A stretch of DNA of 64,000 nt from a virus (lineage: Duplodnaviria > Caudoviricetes), in IMG/VR virus record IMGVR_UViG_3300026116_000040, positions 1,149 to 65,148 of that record; one strand, written 5' to 3'. How positions within the stretch are numbered: the first letter of the stretch is position 1; each line of letters starts with the position of its first letter. The position numbers and the translations under genes were made by a program. The notes under the pieces are model-generated. The model saw only the letters and a program-made list of their open reading frames with translations, made no database searches and was not told the DNA's origin. Below, one piece after another: positions 1 through 9,566 of the stretch.

Positions 1-171
1 GTCCGTTATCATTTAACTTTTTATAATGTGAGCATTCTCTAAATCCAAAGAGAATTACAATAGCTATTATAGCCGCGATCAATAATTTTTGTAGTGTCAT
101 ATGTCAAATATACAAAAAGTTTATTACAGAATCGAAGTCGGTGGCACCCAAGTATAACATTATTATTGATT

Positions 172-558
172 TCATAGGTATGTAAATTCTAATTGTATTA
201 AATCCCCTGTCGTTAAAGGAGAGCCACTATTAATCCATGTCCAGGTGAAAGCGTCGTTATTTATAGTGTAGTCAACCCCAAAATTTTTACGTATTCCATT
301 TATAAACAAAGAAGGCGATAGAGATGTGTCGACTGTAAAATCAATTAAATCAAAAATAGTTTGCCCGTTAGTAGCTGGAAATTTAAGTACGACTGAATAG
401 TTTATGCTTGTATTTATAACACCTTGATAGTAATACGATCCATTATAATTTATGCCACCGGTAACAACCCAGTTTGGATTATTCGTTAAAAACATATTAA
501 CGTTGGCCGTTAATGTATCACTTGTTGCGCCGTGTAACAGGTGCGTTTTTTGGGCCAT
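172..558 (-). CDS. Hypothetical beta-rich virion protein
   Basis: 128-aa ORF at the distal end of the minus-strand structural operon; LFINGIRKNFGVDYTI-type beta motif. Confidence 0.6.
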   Translation of the reverse strand: MAQKTHLLHGATSDTLTANVNMFLTNNPNWVVTGGINYNGSYYYQGVINTSINYSVVLKFPATNGQTIFDLIDFTVDTSLSPSLFINGIRKNFGVDYTINNDAFTWTWINSGSPLTTGDLIQLEFTYL

Positions 559-1104
559 TTATTTTTTTACCCAATTTACAGGGTTCAACCTTTCCTTTAT
601 CACAATTATAATATCTTTGCTTATCAAACCGAATTCGCTAACATTTTCAATTAAAGACACAAAATAGGTGCCAGAGAATCCGCCATAAACAACGGAAGGA
701 AGGAAATAGTAAACAGCGTTAGACTTAGCCAAGTTCCAGCTAATACTTAAAACGAATAAAGCCAACGGCATGGCTACGAAAATCCGGGGGAACCTAGACG
801 AGGAGAACCTTCTGTTTATAATGCTTTGTAATTTATCCGGCGGAATGGTTGCTTTTTGATATCTTAACAAGCAGGAAGCCTTTACTGCTAAAGTTACCCC
901 TAACACCCAGTCTCCCAACATGAGTATAAGTAAGGTATATATAGCTGCCGACGAGTCCCAAATGTATGATGTAATAAACGAGGTGAATGACAAGAGAAAT
1001 ATTAACCATATATTAATTATTGTGTTTTTTAACCCAAGAAAGGTGGTTAAAAAATCATCAAAACTTATATATCCTAACAATGCCTTTTGTTCGTTTTTCA
1101 ACAT
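559..1104 (-). CDS. Holin-like multi-pass membrane protein
   Basis: 3-4 hydrophobic segments; LxLxDWVLGV...SLIENV pattern resembles phage holin family 4-type proteins. Confidence 0.55.
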   Translation of the reverse strand: MLKNEQKALLGYISFDDFLTTFLGLKNTIINIWLIFLLSFTSFITSYIWDSSAAIYTLLILMLGDWVLGVTLAVKASCLLRYQKATIPPDKLQSIINRRFSSSRFPRIFVAMPLALFVLSISWNLAKSNAVYYFLPSVVYGGFSGTYFVSLIENVSEFGLISKDIIIVIKERLNPVNWVKK

Positions 1105-1116
1105 TGCTACCGTATT

Positions 1117-1356
1117 TTAAATGCCGATTATTGATACCACTCCAGCTGGAAAGCTAATTTCGATAGCGCCAGATAAAATTATAGTGACCGGCACGCCTAC
1201 GGTTAACGAGATAGCAGATGACGGGAAGCCATTTACGTTCATGGTACCTTTTACTGTTGCGCTCCCTGATACTAGATTTAAAGAAACAGCTTTTAACCCT
1301 GAATTTTCATCTAAAGTTAATGTGCTATTTGTTTGTTGGCTTGTAAATACTGACAT
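1117..1356 (-). CDS. Small hypothetical virion protein
   Basis: 79 aa, beta-rich, A-rich translation start, co-oriented with the operon. Confidence 0.6.
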   Translation of the reverse strand: MSVFTSQQTNSTLTLDENSGLKAVSLNLVSGSATVKGTMNVNGFPSSAISLTVGVPVTIILSGAIEISFPAGVVSIIGI

Positions 1357-1371
1357 TTTATTTGGTTTTTA

Positions 1372-2280
1372 TTAGTTTATCATTAAAGTGCAGACTCCGC
1401 CTGAATTTGTGTAATAGAATGTACCTGGTGCGCCTCCTGGTGCGCTTGGTATATTACTACCATAATAGTTATTAGCGTGAAAGGTTTTGTCGGCAACGGT
1501 TGTTATACCGCATCCAGATACCCCTGAATAATCATGTGATACGGTGTTGCTAAAACCACCTACAATAGCAGAATAAATTCCTGTTATTGTGTTAAGTCTA
1601 CCTCCGCCTATGGTTGATAAGAACCCAGTGGATGTTATTGTATTTCTATACCCACCACTTATTGTTCCAGATTGATATATAGTGCCACCGGTAGTTTGAA
1701 TTTGATTTAGATAACCACCTCCAATAACTGAATATGGCCCTGATATAGTATTGGATCTGCCGGCGCCTATAAAACTATTGTTACCTGTTACATGATTTAA
1801 GTACCCACCGCTTATTGTGCTGTACTTAGCACTAGCCGTATTTCTGTTTCCGCCTGAAATTGTTGCACAGGCGCCAGTAGAGGTTATACAGTTTTCTCCT
1901 CCTCCACCAATAAACGAATATACACCGGAAGCGGTATTTTTATATCCACCACTAACGGTAGCATACCCAGCAGTAGTGTTACACTGCCCTCCGCCAATGG
2001 ATGAATAATCTCCAACAGTAGCATTTATATATCCGCCAGTAATAACTGAAGCTGCGCCGGTGGTTGTATTATTTCTTCCCCCACCAATCGTAGAGCACGC
2101 CCCATTGGTCGTATTAATACAACCCCCATTTATCACCGAGTATACTCCCGATGCTGTGTTGGAGCCTAATATAGGCTCTATAGAAGATCCAGCGGAACCA
2201 TAATGATATGGGGAGCACCCAGAACTAGCGGGTGCAGATGAAAAGCCGAAAGCTATTGGTATATTTGTTTCTAAAGGCAT
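1372..2280 (-). CDS. Fibre/adhesin-like protein with xIxGGxxN repeats
   Basis: Many ~14-15 aa S-T-I-G-G-G-x-x-N repeats typical of trimeric adhesin/fibre beta-rolls; paralog of 5040..6050. Confidence 0.75.
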   Translation of the reverse strand: MPLETNIPIAFGFSSAPASSGCSPYHYGSAGSSIEPILGSNTASGVYSVINGGCINTTNGACSTIGGGRNNTTTGAASVITGGYINATVGDYSSIGGGQCNTTAGYATVSGGYKNTASGVYSFIGGGGENCITSTGACATISGGNRNTASAKYSTISGGYLNHVTGNNSFIGAGRSNTISGPYSVIGGGYLNQIQTTGGTIYQSGTISGGYRNTITSTGFLSTIGGGRLNTITGIYSAIVGGFSNTVSHDYSGVSGCGITTVADKTFHANNYYGSNIPSAPGGAPGTFYYTNSGGVCTLMIN

Positions 2281-2327
2281 TTTTTTTGTTTGTTTAGATG
2301 GGAAAAATATTCCTTGTGATAATATCT

Positions 2328-2468
2328 AAGCAAAAATAGTTTACATCTGTGTTATATTTTTTTCTATAATTTGTGCGGTGATTGGACAAACGAGGCTATA
2401 AGTGTTGTTAACAAAGGAAAGTAGTCTGCACAAATTAGTACAAATTGCGAGTTGTAGATATTGGGGGA
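2328..2468 (-). repeat. Copy 1 of a 141-bp duplicated promoter region (copy 2 at 19358..19498)
   Basis: Near-identical AAGCAAAAATAGTTTACATCTGTG...GTAGATATTGGGGGA; contains minus-strand TATTTTTG (-7 element) at 2331-2338. Confidence 0.9.
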
Positions 2469-3059
2469 TTACAGCTTTGTCTTTTCAATAATTAGAGGGA
2501 TAATCTTTTTAAATGATTCTTGTATATCTTCTTTATTTGTGTTTAGTGTGATATCTGGATTAGATGGTGGCTCATAAGGGGAATCTATTCCTGTGAAATT
2601 TTTTAACTGGCCGTTTCTGGTCATATTGTACAATCCTTTTGTGTCCCTTTTTTGGCAGGTATCACTAGGGCAATCTACAAATATTTCCACAAATTTTTGT
2701 TCACCAAATCTAATTTTTAATGCTTCTCTTTGAATTTTAAAAGGAGAGATGAAGGCTGCTATCACAATTATTCCAGCATCCATCATTAGGTTAGCCACTT
2801 CTCCTACTCTTCTAATATTTTCTTGCCTGTCGGAATCTGAAAAGGATAAATCTTTGTTTAACCCTCTCCTTACATTATCAGCATCCAATAGAAAAGCGTT
2901 ATACCCTAAATTAAAAAGATAAGCTTCAAGCATTAAGGCTAATGAGCTTTTACCTGACCCTGACAGGCCGGTAAACCATATTAAACAAGGCTTTTGTTTT
3001 AGCCGACTAGATCTTTTCTCAGTTGAAATACTGGACTGCACAGGAAATAAATTTTCCAC
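2469..3059 (-). CDS. cysC: Adenylyl-sulfate (APS) kinase
   Basis: IWFTGLSGSGKS P-loop, LDADNVRRGLNKDLSFS, RQENIRRVGEVA and FTGIDSPYEPP motifs. Confidence 0.95.
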   Translation of the reverse strand: MENLFPVQSSISTEKRSSRLKQKPCLIWFTGLSGSGKSSLALMLEAYLFNLGYNAFLLDADNVRRGLNKDLSFSDSDRQENIRRVGEVANLMMDAGIIVIAAFISPFKIQREALKIRFGEQKFVEIFVDCPSDTCQKRDTKGLYNMTRNGQLKNFTGIDSPYEPPSNPDITLNTNKEDIQESFKKIIPLIIEKTKL

Positions 3060-3880
3060 TACATTTTGTATTTAAAATAATCGAAATACCATTTATAATT
3101 TTTATAAATCCAATCAGACACGTCGGATCCCAGAATAGTATTGTGGCTAACCTTTACAGGTTCTAATTTAGAACGTATTTTGTGGTCTCCGAAGGCGCCA
3201 TAAACTTCATCATCCTCGATAGTTATTTGTTCTATGTTATTGAAATCGTGTTGAAAATAATCGAGACCCAAATATTCGTAAATCCTTTTTAATTCAAAAT
3301 TAGGATTGTTGCATAAATCTTCAAAACGAACAAATAAAATATTGGCATCTATTTTTTCTCTAATCACTTGATTTAACCTTTCTACCGCCAGTCCTACCGG
3401 CTGAGAATTCATCCATATATCAACACGTTTAGGCGTTGTTGTTCCACTCATTTCAGCGTGATTGACTATGCCATTATGTTGGTGTTGGCTCTTCCTGAAA
3501 TTCTTCTCCATACTGGATACTATTTCACGTAAATCCCTTACCATACATATTATTTTAGGTGATTCATTAGTTATTTCTTTCAACATGTTATAATGTACTC
3601 CCCAACCTCTGCTTTTGTCTATAATAATCGGCCTTTCGGTAATTGAATTATAATAACCCTCTATACCTTGTTTGCAAAAAGAAAGAAAAGCTTTTTTCAT
3701 TACTGCTGCATCTTGGGCCTTAAACTCAGGCGAGGAAGAGTAATTAGCCCTTGCCCCATACACTAATTCTAATACACCTGATGTTGGAGTAACATATACA
3801 TCATGGTTTTGTCCTAGTATATTTTGAATTATTGTGCTACCTGATCGTGGCAGAGAAGAGTTGTAAAATATTTTTTTCAT
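3059..3880 (-). CDS. PAPS-dependent sulfotransferase
   Basis: SLPRSGST PAPS-binding loop, DKSR, KIICMVRD, VRFEDLC...P...LKRIYEYLGL. Confidence 0.85.
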   Translation of the reverse strand: MKKIFYNSSLPRSGSTIIQNILGQNHDVYVTPTSGVLELVYGARANYSSSPEFKAQDAAVMKKAFLSFCKQGIEGYYNSITERPIIIDKSRGWGVHYNMLKEITNESPKIICMVRDLREIVSSMEKNFRKSQHQHNGIVNHAEMSGTTTPKRVDIWMNSQPVGLAVERLNQVIREKIDANILFVRFEDLCNNPNFELKRIYEYLGLDYFQHDFNNIEQITIEDDEVYGAFGDHKIRSKLEPVKVSHNTILGSDVSDWIYKNYKWYFDYFKYKM

Positions 3881-4749
3881 ACCAAAGAATCTAAAATTTT
3901 ATCCACATCTAATATGTTGTTTGTGTCATACGGGTATTCATTTATTGATCCAGTAATATTGAAAGGAGACAGATAACTATATTTAGTTGTTTTGTATCTT
4001 TCTTCTACATCAGATATAATATTATTATGTATGTCATAACCATATACATTTGGAGAGTTTACAATCCAAGTAACAGTAGATGGTAATTCTAATGCTGCTG
4101 CCGCATGTTGACAAAAAGAGTCTATCAATAATCTTTTCCTTGAGAACGTAAGCAAACAAAAGATGTGTCTAATAGGTAATGTGATAGGAGTGGCGCCAAC
4201 TAAAGCTGGTTGATTCTCTCTTTTTATTTGTAAAACAGCATAGTCAAGAGATAGTTTGTCGACTATTTTTTGTGAAACATTAAAAGGAATATCCCTGGCC
4301 CAGCTATACGGTATATCATTATTGTCTCCACCATTTGGTTGAATAATTAATATAGGCTTATTAAATTGGCTAACTAAGGATTTGTTTACGTAATCCAACT
4401 CCCTAGGAGTGAGATATAGTTCCGGTTTTTCACCAGAATAAGGTATGTCGAACAGATTGCACCATGTTTGAATAAGGTGATGTTTATTGTATATGTGTTC
4501 AGTGCAGTGGTAGGGGTTGTGCATCATAACTATGGTATCCCTTCCTTTTACAATATCTTCGTAAAAGTAAGGAGAGTTTCCAAATGTGTAAACACGGAAG
4601 ATGTTTGGATTATTAAACCACACATCTTCCCATGCTGTGACAATTACGATACCTCTTAAGGGATACTTTTTTTTAATAGCTGACACAACCGCTGTGGCAG
4701 CTATATTTTTACCTATACCACCCTCAATGTGAAAAACTATGAAATCCAT
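3877..4749 (-). CDS. GT-B glycosyltransferase (GT9-like)
   Basis: GGIGKNIAAT start and IDSFCQHAAAALELPS, matching the GT9 DSgpmHlAaA motif. Confidence 0.75.
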   Translation of the reverse strand: MDFIVFHIEGGIGKNIAATAVVSAIKKKYPLRGIVIVTAWEDVWFNNPNIFRVYTFGNSPYFYEDIVKGRDTIVMMHNPYHCTEHIYNKHHLIQTWCNLFDIPYSGEKPELYLTPRELDYVNKSLVSQFNKPILIIQPNGGDNNDIPYSWARDIPFNVSQKIVDKLSLDYAVLQIKRENQPALVGATPITLPIRHIFCLLTFSRKRLLIDSFCQHAAAALELPSTVTWIVNSPNVYGYDIHNNIISDVEERYKTTKYSYLSPFNITGSINEYPYDTNNILDVDKILDSLV

Positions 4750-4758
4750 ATATTTATG

Positions 4759-4998
4759 TTACGACACCAACAAAGATAGCAATTTATCTTTAACATCAAC
4801 ATCTGTCCATTGTCCGATTTTATCGTACTCTTCTCCTTCCCATAAAGTGATAGGTTGGCGAAGTTCTTGTATGAAAACCTTCACTTTTTTTTCTGCTGAT
4901 AGATCCACTGTCCTTTCAATAGTTAAAGTAGATAATTTAACCGTTTCTTGAGGAACTACTACTACTTCAATCTCTTTTGGTAATTTTATTGTTTGCAT
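4759..4998 (-). CDS. Hypothetical protein
   Basis: 79-aa ORF with minus-strand TAAATTTG promoter upstream. Confidence 0.6.
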   Translation of the reverse strand: MQTIKLPKEIEVVVVPQETVKLSTLTIERTVDLSAEKKVKVFIQELRQPITLWEGEEYDKIGQWTDVDVKDKLLSLLVS

Positions 4999-5039
4999 GT
5001 GATTTTAATTATTTAATTGATACAAATTTATAAAAAAAA

Positions 5040-6050
5040 TTAAACTATTGTTAATATCCCTAAATTGCTCCAAACTGCACCTGTTGGCAAGCCCGCAGAA
5101 CTTGTTGGCACATTTTGTATAACTAACCTATTAACATGGGCGGCACAAGCTAAAACAGATGTTACGGCGCAACCAAAAGCAGATGAATAATCATGAGTAA
5201 TAACATTGGTTAGGCCCCCTCCTATAAACCCATATAATGCACAAGCACTATTTGATTTTCCGCCGCCTATTGCTGATAAACATCCTGCTGAAGAAACTAG
5301 ATTGGCCCACCCACCACTTATTGTTGCAGATTGACAAACAGTTGTGCCGCTAGTTGCAATATTGTTAACAAATCCTCCACCAATGACCGAGTAAGCTGAT
5401 GATATTGTGTTAGACTTTCCACTACCAATAAAACTGGAGGCTCCGCTAGTATTATTTAAATACCCACCAGAGATAGTGCCATATTTAGCCGACACCGTGT
5501 TTAAATTCCCACCGCCTATGGTTGCGCAAACACCGCCACTCGTAATAGTATTTACTCCACCACCACCTATAAATGAATAATTTGCACTTGCGGTATTGAG
5601 CGCGCCACCTAAAATGGCAGCGTGCCCCCCCGTTGCTAAATTGCAAAAACCTCCCCCTACTGTTGAATAAGTGCCGCAGGCTTGATTTCTTCCGCCGCCT
5701 CCTATAGCCGGAGCTGTTGGGCCATTAGCAATATTAGCAAATCCACCATTAACAGATGCAGCTAGCCCGTTTGCAATATTATTAACCCCTCCAGTTATAG
5801 TCCCATATCCCGCACTGATAGTATTAGTGGCACCCCCACCAATCGTAGAACATGCCCCACTAGCAGTATTGGCGCAACCCCCATTTACCACCGAGTATAC
5901 TCCCGATGCTGTGTTGGAGCCTAAACAGGTTGTTATTGAGGATGCTACACTTCCTGCTTTGTAGGGGGAGCTTCCGCCACCACCGCCACCTGTTGAGGCA
6001 TCTTTTATTCTTAGTGATCCCAATATAGGGTCATATATTACCGTGCCCAT
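5040..6050 (-). CDS. Fibre/adhesin-like protein with xIxGGxxN repeats
   Basis: Same repeat as 1372..2280; C-terminal PTSSAGLPTGAVW fibre-tip motif. Confidence 0.75.
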   Translation of the reverse strand: MGTVIYDPILGSLRIKDASTGGGGGGSSPYKAGSVASSITTCLGSNTASGVYSVVNGGCANTASGACSTIGGGATNTISAGYGTITGGVNNIANGLAASVNGGFANIANGPTAPAIGGGGRNQACGTYSTVGGGFCNLATGGHAAILGGALNTASANYSFIGGGGVNTITSGGVCATIGGGNLNTVSAKYGTISGGYLNNTSGASSFIGSGKSNTISSAYSVIGGGFVNNIATSGTTVCQSATISGGWANLVSSAGCLSAIGGGKSNSACALYGFIGGGLTNVITHDYSSAFGCAVTSVLACAAHVNRLVIQNVPTSSAGLPTGAVWSNLGILTIV

Positions 6051-6053
6051 TTT

Positions 6054-6293
6054 TTAAGAAGTATATGTTAGTCCTGTTCTATTGTCCCATACTGCATTAA
6101 ACACACCTGGCTCTCCGGCCCAAGCGTAAGTTGTGACACCTACGGGTGATGTCCCCGATGTTTGAGTTATTTTTAAAATACACCACAATGCAGCACTTGT
6201 TAGCGTAAAATTGGCTTGTGCAAAACCGAAATAAGTGACGGTGGTAGAGTTTTCGTCTGATATCACTTGTGCATATTGAAAATTTGGGTACAT
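6054..6293 (-). CDS. Small conserved phage structural protein
   Basis: TYFGFA...ALWCILKI...FNAVWDNRTGLTY pattern, adjacent to the fibre gene. Confidence 0.6.
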   Translation of the reverse strand: MYPNFQYAQVISDENSTTVTYFGFAQANFTLTSAALWCILKITQTSGTSPVGVTTYAWAGEPGVFNAVWDNRTGLTYTS

Positions 6294-6307
6294 CTTTTAG
6301 TTTTTAT

Positions 6308-6820
6308 TTATTTACAAATTACACTTGTTGAACTTTTATCGGACGGGGCCAATATCTCTTTTATTGTCGTAGTATACACATAAGGTATATTTACTGTAAA
6401 CATCCATAATTTTACTTTCATCTTTACATCAACTTTTATCGCTGTATTTCCCAATTGCAATGCTGCACTTATTAAATTTTTTCCGCTTTGAGTTGGATTA
6501 AACTTAATATTAACCTTGATCACGTTCATACTGTTAGGCATAATTACCTGCTTGCTTTGATTGGACGCAGTTGTCATTAGCTTTTCGTTTACATACACGT
6601 CGTAGGATTGCCCCAATATTTCAAATTTTAAATCGCTTTGGTTTTTAAAATTTAGAAACAAGTCAATGTCTGCAACAGTTGGTGTTAAAGTGCGGGGGGC
6701 GACTTTATTTATTCCAATGCAATAATTCATTAACCTCTTATATTGTAAATATAATAAAGCCCCTGTTATAGTAATGATGCCTATTCCTCCTGCAATCAAG
6801 TATTTCTTTTCTATTTTCAT
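6308..6820 (-). CDS. Membrane-anchored LEA_2-like protein
   Basis: N-terminal TM, then L-x-F-K-N-x-S...YDVYVN pattern of the LEA type 2 fold. Confidence 0.6.
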   Translation of the reverse strand: MKIEKKYLIAGGIGIITITGALLYLQYKRLMNYCIGINKVAPRTLTPTVADIDLFLNFKNQSDLKFEILGQSYDVYVNEKLMTTASNQSKQVIMPNSMNVIKVNIKFNPTQSGKNLISAALQLGNTAIKVDVKMKVKLWMFTVNIPYVYTTTIKEILAPSDKSSTSVICK

Positions 6821-6954
6821 TTTTTAATCTTTTTACTGATATCACTCAATGTTGCAATTCCAAAAAAGAAAAAAACTAATATTGCCAATGTTTGTAGGCG
6901 GTTTTCAAACTTTAACTCCAGCATATCTCTTTTATATTGCTCGTCGCTGATCAT
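6817..6954 (-). CDS. Small membrane protein (45 aa, not in ORF track)
   Basis: MISDEQYKRDMLELKFENRLQTLAILVFFFFGIATLSDISKKIKK; ATGA overlaps at both ends. Confidence 0.7.
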   Translation of the reverse strand: MISDEQYKRDMLELKFENRLQTLAILVFFFFGIATLSDISKKIKK

Positions 6955-7158
6955 TTCTTTTTCTTTTTAACAACGACATAAATAATGATTCCCACCACAG
7001 CGGCAATACCGACAGCGATACCAACCTTCATGCCCGTGCTCATGGGTGTTTTTGCCGGTGGTGGCGGTGGTAATGGTTGTGTCATTGGTGCTCCCCCTTG
7101 TGGATTCAACGCTGCCAATATTCCCGATACTTTGCCGCTACCCACTAAACCCTTGGCT
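6951..7158 (-). repeat. ~208-bp duplicated segment (partner 13652..13859)
   Basis: Direct nucleotide alignment with mostly synonymous differences. Confidence 0.9.
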
Positions 7159-7409
7159 TTTGTGCCGATTGAGGGGCCTTTCTGAGAAACCTTAGTTCTG
7201 TATTTGTCAACCAACGTGGGACCGCTTTTTGCGTTAACCTTCTTTACCCTTTTTGTTCCTCCCGCATACGATTGAATCTCCATACTATTAGGTTCAGTCC
7301 CGTCCGCGAATGAATATTGCATCAACTCACCCGATCCGGTTAACATTTCTAATTCTTGTACTTCTGACCCTTTTCCGTTTGCTGGATCTAAAATTGTAGC
7401 TATCGTCAT
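6951..7409 (-). CDS. Membrane protein with C-terminal TM and poly-Lys tail
   Basis: YSFADG motif; C-terminal ~68 aa nearly identical to 13652..13993. Confidence 0.75.
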   Translation of the reverse strand: MTIATILDPANGKGSEVQELEMLTGSGELMQYSFADGTEPNSMEIQSYAGGTKRVKKVNAKSGPTLVDKYRTKVSQKGPSIGTKAKGLVGSGKVSGILAALNPQGGAPMTQPLPPPPPAKTPMSTGMKVGIAVGIAAVVGIIIYVVVKKKKK

Positions 7410-8148
7410 CTTTTAAGTTGTTTATATATTATCACTATTGCTGCTATCATCCCTATTGTTATTACCGCTGTCAAGAGGGGTTTTTTTTTACTTCAGCAAC
7501 CGTTGCGATTGCGCCTGACTGAATCATGTTGTATAAAGAATCGACGACGCCGTGTGCTTTATTATAACCCTCTTGGACAACACCATTATTGAAATTCGTT
7601 CCCCTTCCTGCATTTATTTGAACAGCTACTTTAGTTGCTGTGGTTGTGTCTTTTATAGAATTTATATCAGATACTCCAAATTTTTTAAACGAACCAGCTT
7701 TCAAGCCTGCATTTAATTCAGTTGCAAAAAAAGCCGCCGCTGCATCTGCCGCTACATGAGGATCGTTTAATGAATCAGGATTGTTTACTAAATCTCTCCC
7801 TATCAGCTTCCCGAATTTATCATATTCGGACTTGAATGTTATTTGATTAAACCCTCGTCCCCTATATTTGTAGCCCTCATTGCTTGCGTTACCCCCCTTT
7901 CCTCCATATTTGAAGTCTCCCAAAGCAATAGGATTGCTTGCCAACCTTGCACTGTCTGCATCCGACGTTTGCGGCCATACCCTTTTAATGTTGGCAACGG
8001 AATAATTCAAATTTTCCGATTGCGGAACAAAATTCGATTCTTTCGAGATGGTAGCCAATATTCCTGCCTGAACAGCCTTATTAGTCACACCAAACTTGTT
8101 TAACGAGTCTGTTATTAATTGTATATTTTTTAATTGCTCTGAGGTCAT
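7406..8148 (-). CDS. GH19-type lysozyme; 0-frame stop at 7471, -1 frame adds a TM anchor ending at 7406
   Basis: ENLNYS and YKYRGRGFNQIT GH19 motifs; A9 run at 7481-7489; -1 frame reads PLLTAVITIGMIAAIVIIYKQLKR and ends in an ATGA overlap with the next gene. Confidence 0.8.
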
Positions 8149-8149
8149 C

Positions 8150-8347
8150 TTATGTTTTTATTTTTTCTCTAACTCCATACCCTAATGCCGATCCGATTAT
8201 TAGCCCAACAACAGTAAAACTAACTACGCTCACCGTTTTTTCATATCCCAACTTTTTTGCTATCAAGTAGCCAACTATAGCTCCGGCTAACGCCCCCAAA
8301 GGAGCATTAGACACGGACGCTCGTAGTTTTTCCGCTTCTCCCGCCAT
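8150..8347 (-). CDS. Small two-TM membrane protein
   Basis: PLGALAGAIVG glycine-zipper helices; paralog of 8350..8568. Confidence 0.7.
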   Translation of the reverse strand: MAGEAEKLRASVSNAPLGALAGAIVGYLIAKKLGYEKTVSVVSFTVVGLIIGSALGYGVREKIKT

Positions 8348-8349
8348 TC

Positions 8350-8568
8350 TTATTTAGCAGTTGAAATGGCAGGTTTGATAGTAGCTTTTGATTTCATTTT
8401 AGATTGAACCATTGCTCCTGCAATAAGTCCGACTAATGTAAAACCAGCCAAAGCATACTTGTTTTCAACCTTCATGAATTTCTTAGGAAGATAAAAACCG
8501 GCAGCTGCACCGATAATCGCTCCTAATGGATTCATTTTAACCGAACTTGTTACTGTTGTTACTGTCAT
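8350..8568 (-). CDS. Small two-TM membrane protein
   Basis: PLGAIIGAAAG...FTLVGLIAG; paralog of 8150..8347. Confidence 0.7.
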   Translation of the reverse strand: MTVTTVTSSVKMNPLGAIIGAAAGFYLPKKFMKVENKYALAGFTLVGLIAGAMVQSKMKSKATIKPAISTAK

Positions 8569-8621
8569 TTTTTTTGTTGTTTATTGTTTTGTACCTCTTA
8601 CGCCTTTAGTACGATTGGCTT

Positions 8622-9104
8622 TTAAAATCTTTGAGTTATCCCTTTCTTGGCCAACACACCATTTATTGCGTTAACCTGCGTTGTCTCTAATTCATCAATA
8701 AAGGCTTGGCTGAGTGTTCCTTTGAAATTCGGAGCAGGGTTCCCAGCTCCAGAGCTTAATTCCCTTATTCCGTAAACCTTTTTTACAGCCAACACATCGG
8801 CATTATTCTTTAGTTTTGCTATTTCCCTGTAAATAGCAGGGACATCTGTTCCATATCCATCCATTGCTACAAATAGCGCATTAGCTAGTTGACTGATTTG
8901 AGAGTTTGACATAGACGGGGCGCCTGCGTTTTTTAAATCGTTATCAATGTCAGTGCCCTCTTTTTTTGCGCCGGCAAGCCTTTTGTTCTCTTCAATTTTT
9001 TTATAAATTTTGTAACCCACAAAGCCAATTATTACTAATCCTCCTACCGATAAAACTCCTATTGCCCAAGGTGGCAGTTTTTTTACTATTTCTCCGTTTG
9101 CCAT
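8622..9104 (-). CDS. Membrane-anchored annexin-repeat-like protein
   Basis: N-terminal TM; ANALFVAMDGYGTDVPAI...VKKVYG...LSQAFIDEL resembles the annexin GxGTD repeat. Confidence 0.6.
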   Translation of the reverse strand: MANGEIVKKLPPWAIGVLSVGGLVIIGFVGYKIYKKIEENKRLAGAKKEGTDIDNDLKNAGAPSMSNSQISQLANALFVAMDGYGTDVPAIYREIAKLKNNADVLAVKKVYGIRELSSGAGNPAPNFKGTLSQAFIDELETTQVNAINGVLAKKGITQRF

Positions 9105-9105
9105 T

Positions 9106-9564
9106 TTATTTGTTATAATAGTTTGTTTGTGATTTTAATATTAATGATGGTTTATTACCATTTCCTTTATCTCCGAATACTAAGTAGTCCTGCCCTCCTA
9201 TAGAAACGTATCTTACAAAGTATCCAATGTTTTCATTTTGAGTCTTTACTATACGAGATAAGCGGCCCACCCTAGATTCTTTCCCTATATAGGTAATGCT
9301 GTATATGTTTGCATTTTTAGAGGCTTTAACCGGCATTATTATTTTCGGCTTTTCCACTACATCTTTTATAGTAGAATTAACAGTTGGAACTGGGGGGAGG
9401 ACTACAACTGGTGGCGGAGCTTGAGTTGTAGGCAGAGCGTCTACGGACGGCGACTCATCCTCTTTCTTTTTTCTTCCGTAGATATTGTATAAATAAATAC
9501 CTCCACCTATCAAAGCCGCGGCTCCGATTCCTATTATTAACCATTTTTTTGTTTTCGTGTTCAT
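9106..9564 (-). CDS. Membrane-anchored protein with Pro-rich linker
   Basis: N-terminal TM, PPPVVVLPP linker, small C-terminal domain. Confidence 0.65.
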   Translation of the reverse strand: MNTKTKKWLIIGIGAAALIGGGIYLYNIYGRKKKEDESPSVDALPTTQAPPPVVVLPPVPTVNSTIKDVVEKPKIIMPVKASKNANIYSITYIGKESRVGRLSRIVKTQNENIGYFVRYVSIGGQDYLVFGDKGNGNKPSLILKSQTNYYNK

Positions 9565-9566
9565 CT

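Noticed and set aside
1372-6050. CRISPR array or DGR suggested by periodic CCACC/CCGCC repeats
   Set aside because: The periodicity is the Gly-Gly coding repeat of fibre genes; no constant repeat-spacer structure, cas genes or reverse transcriptase
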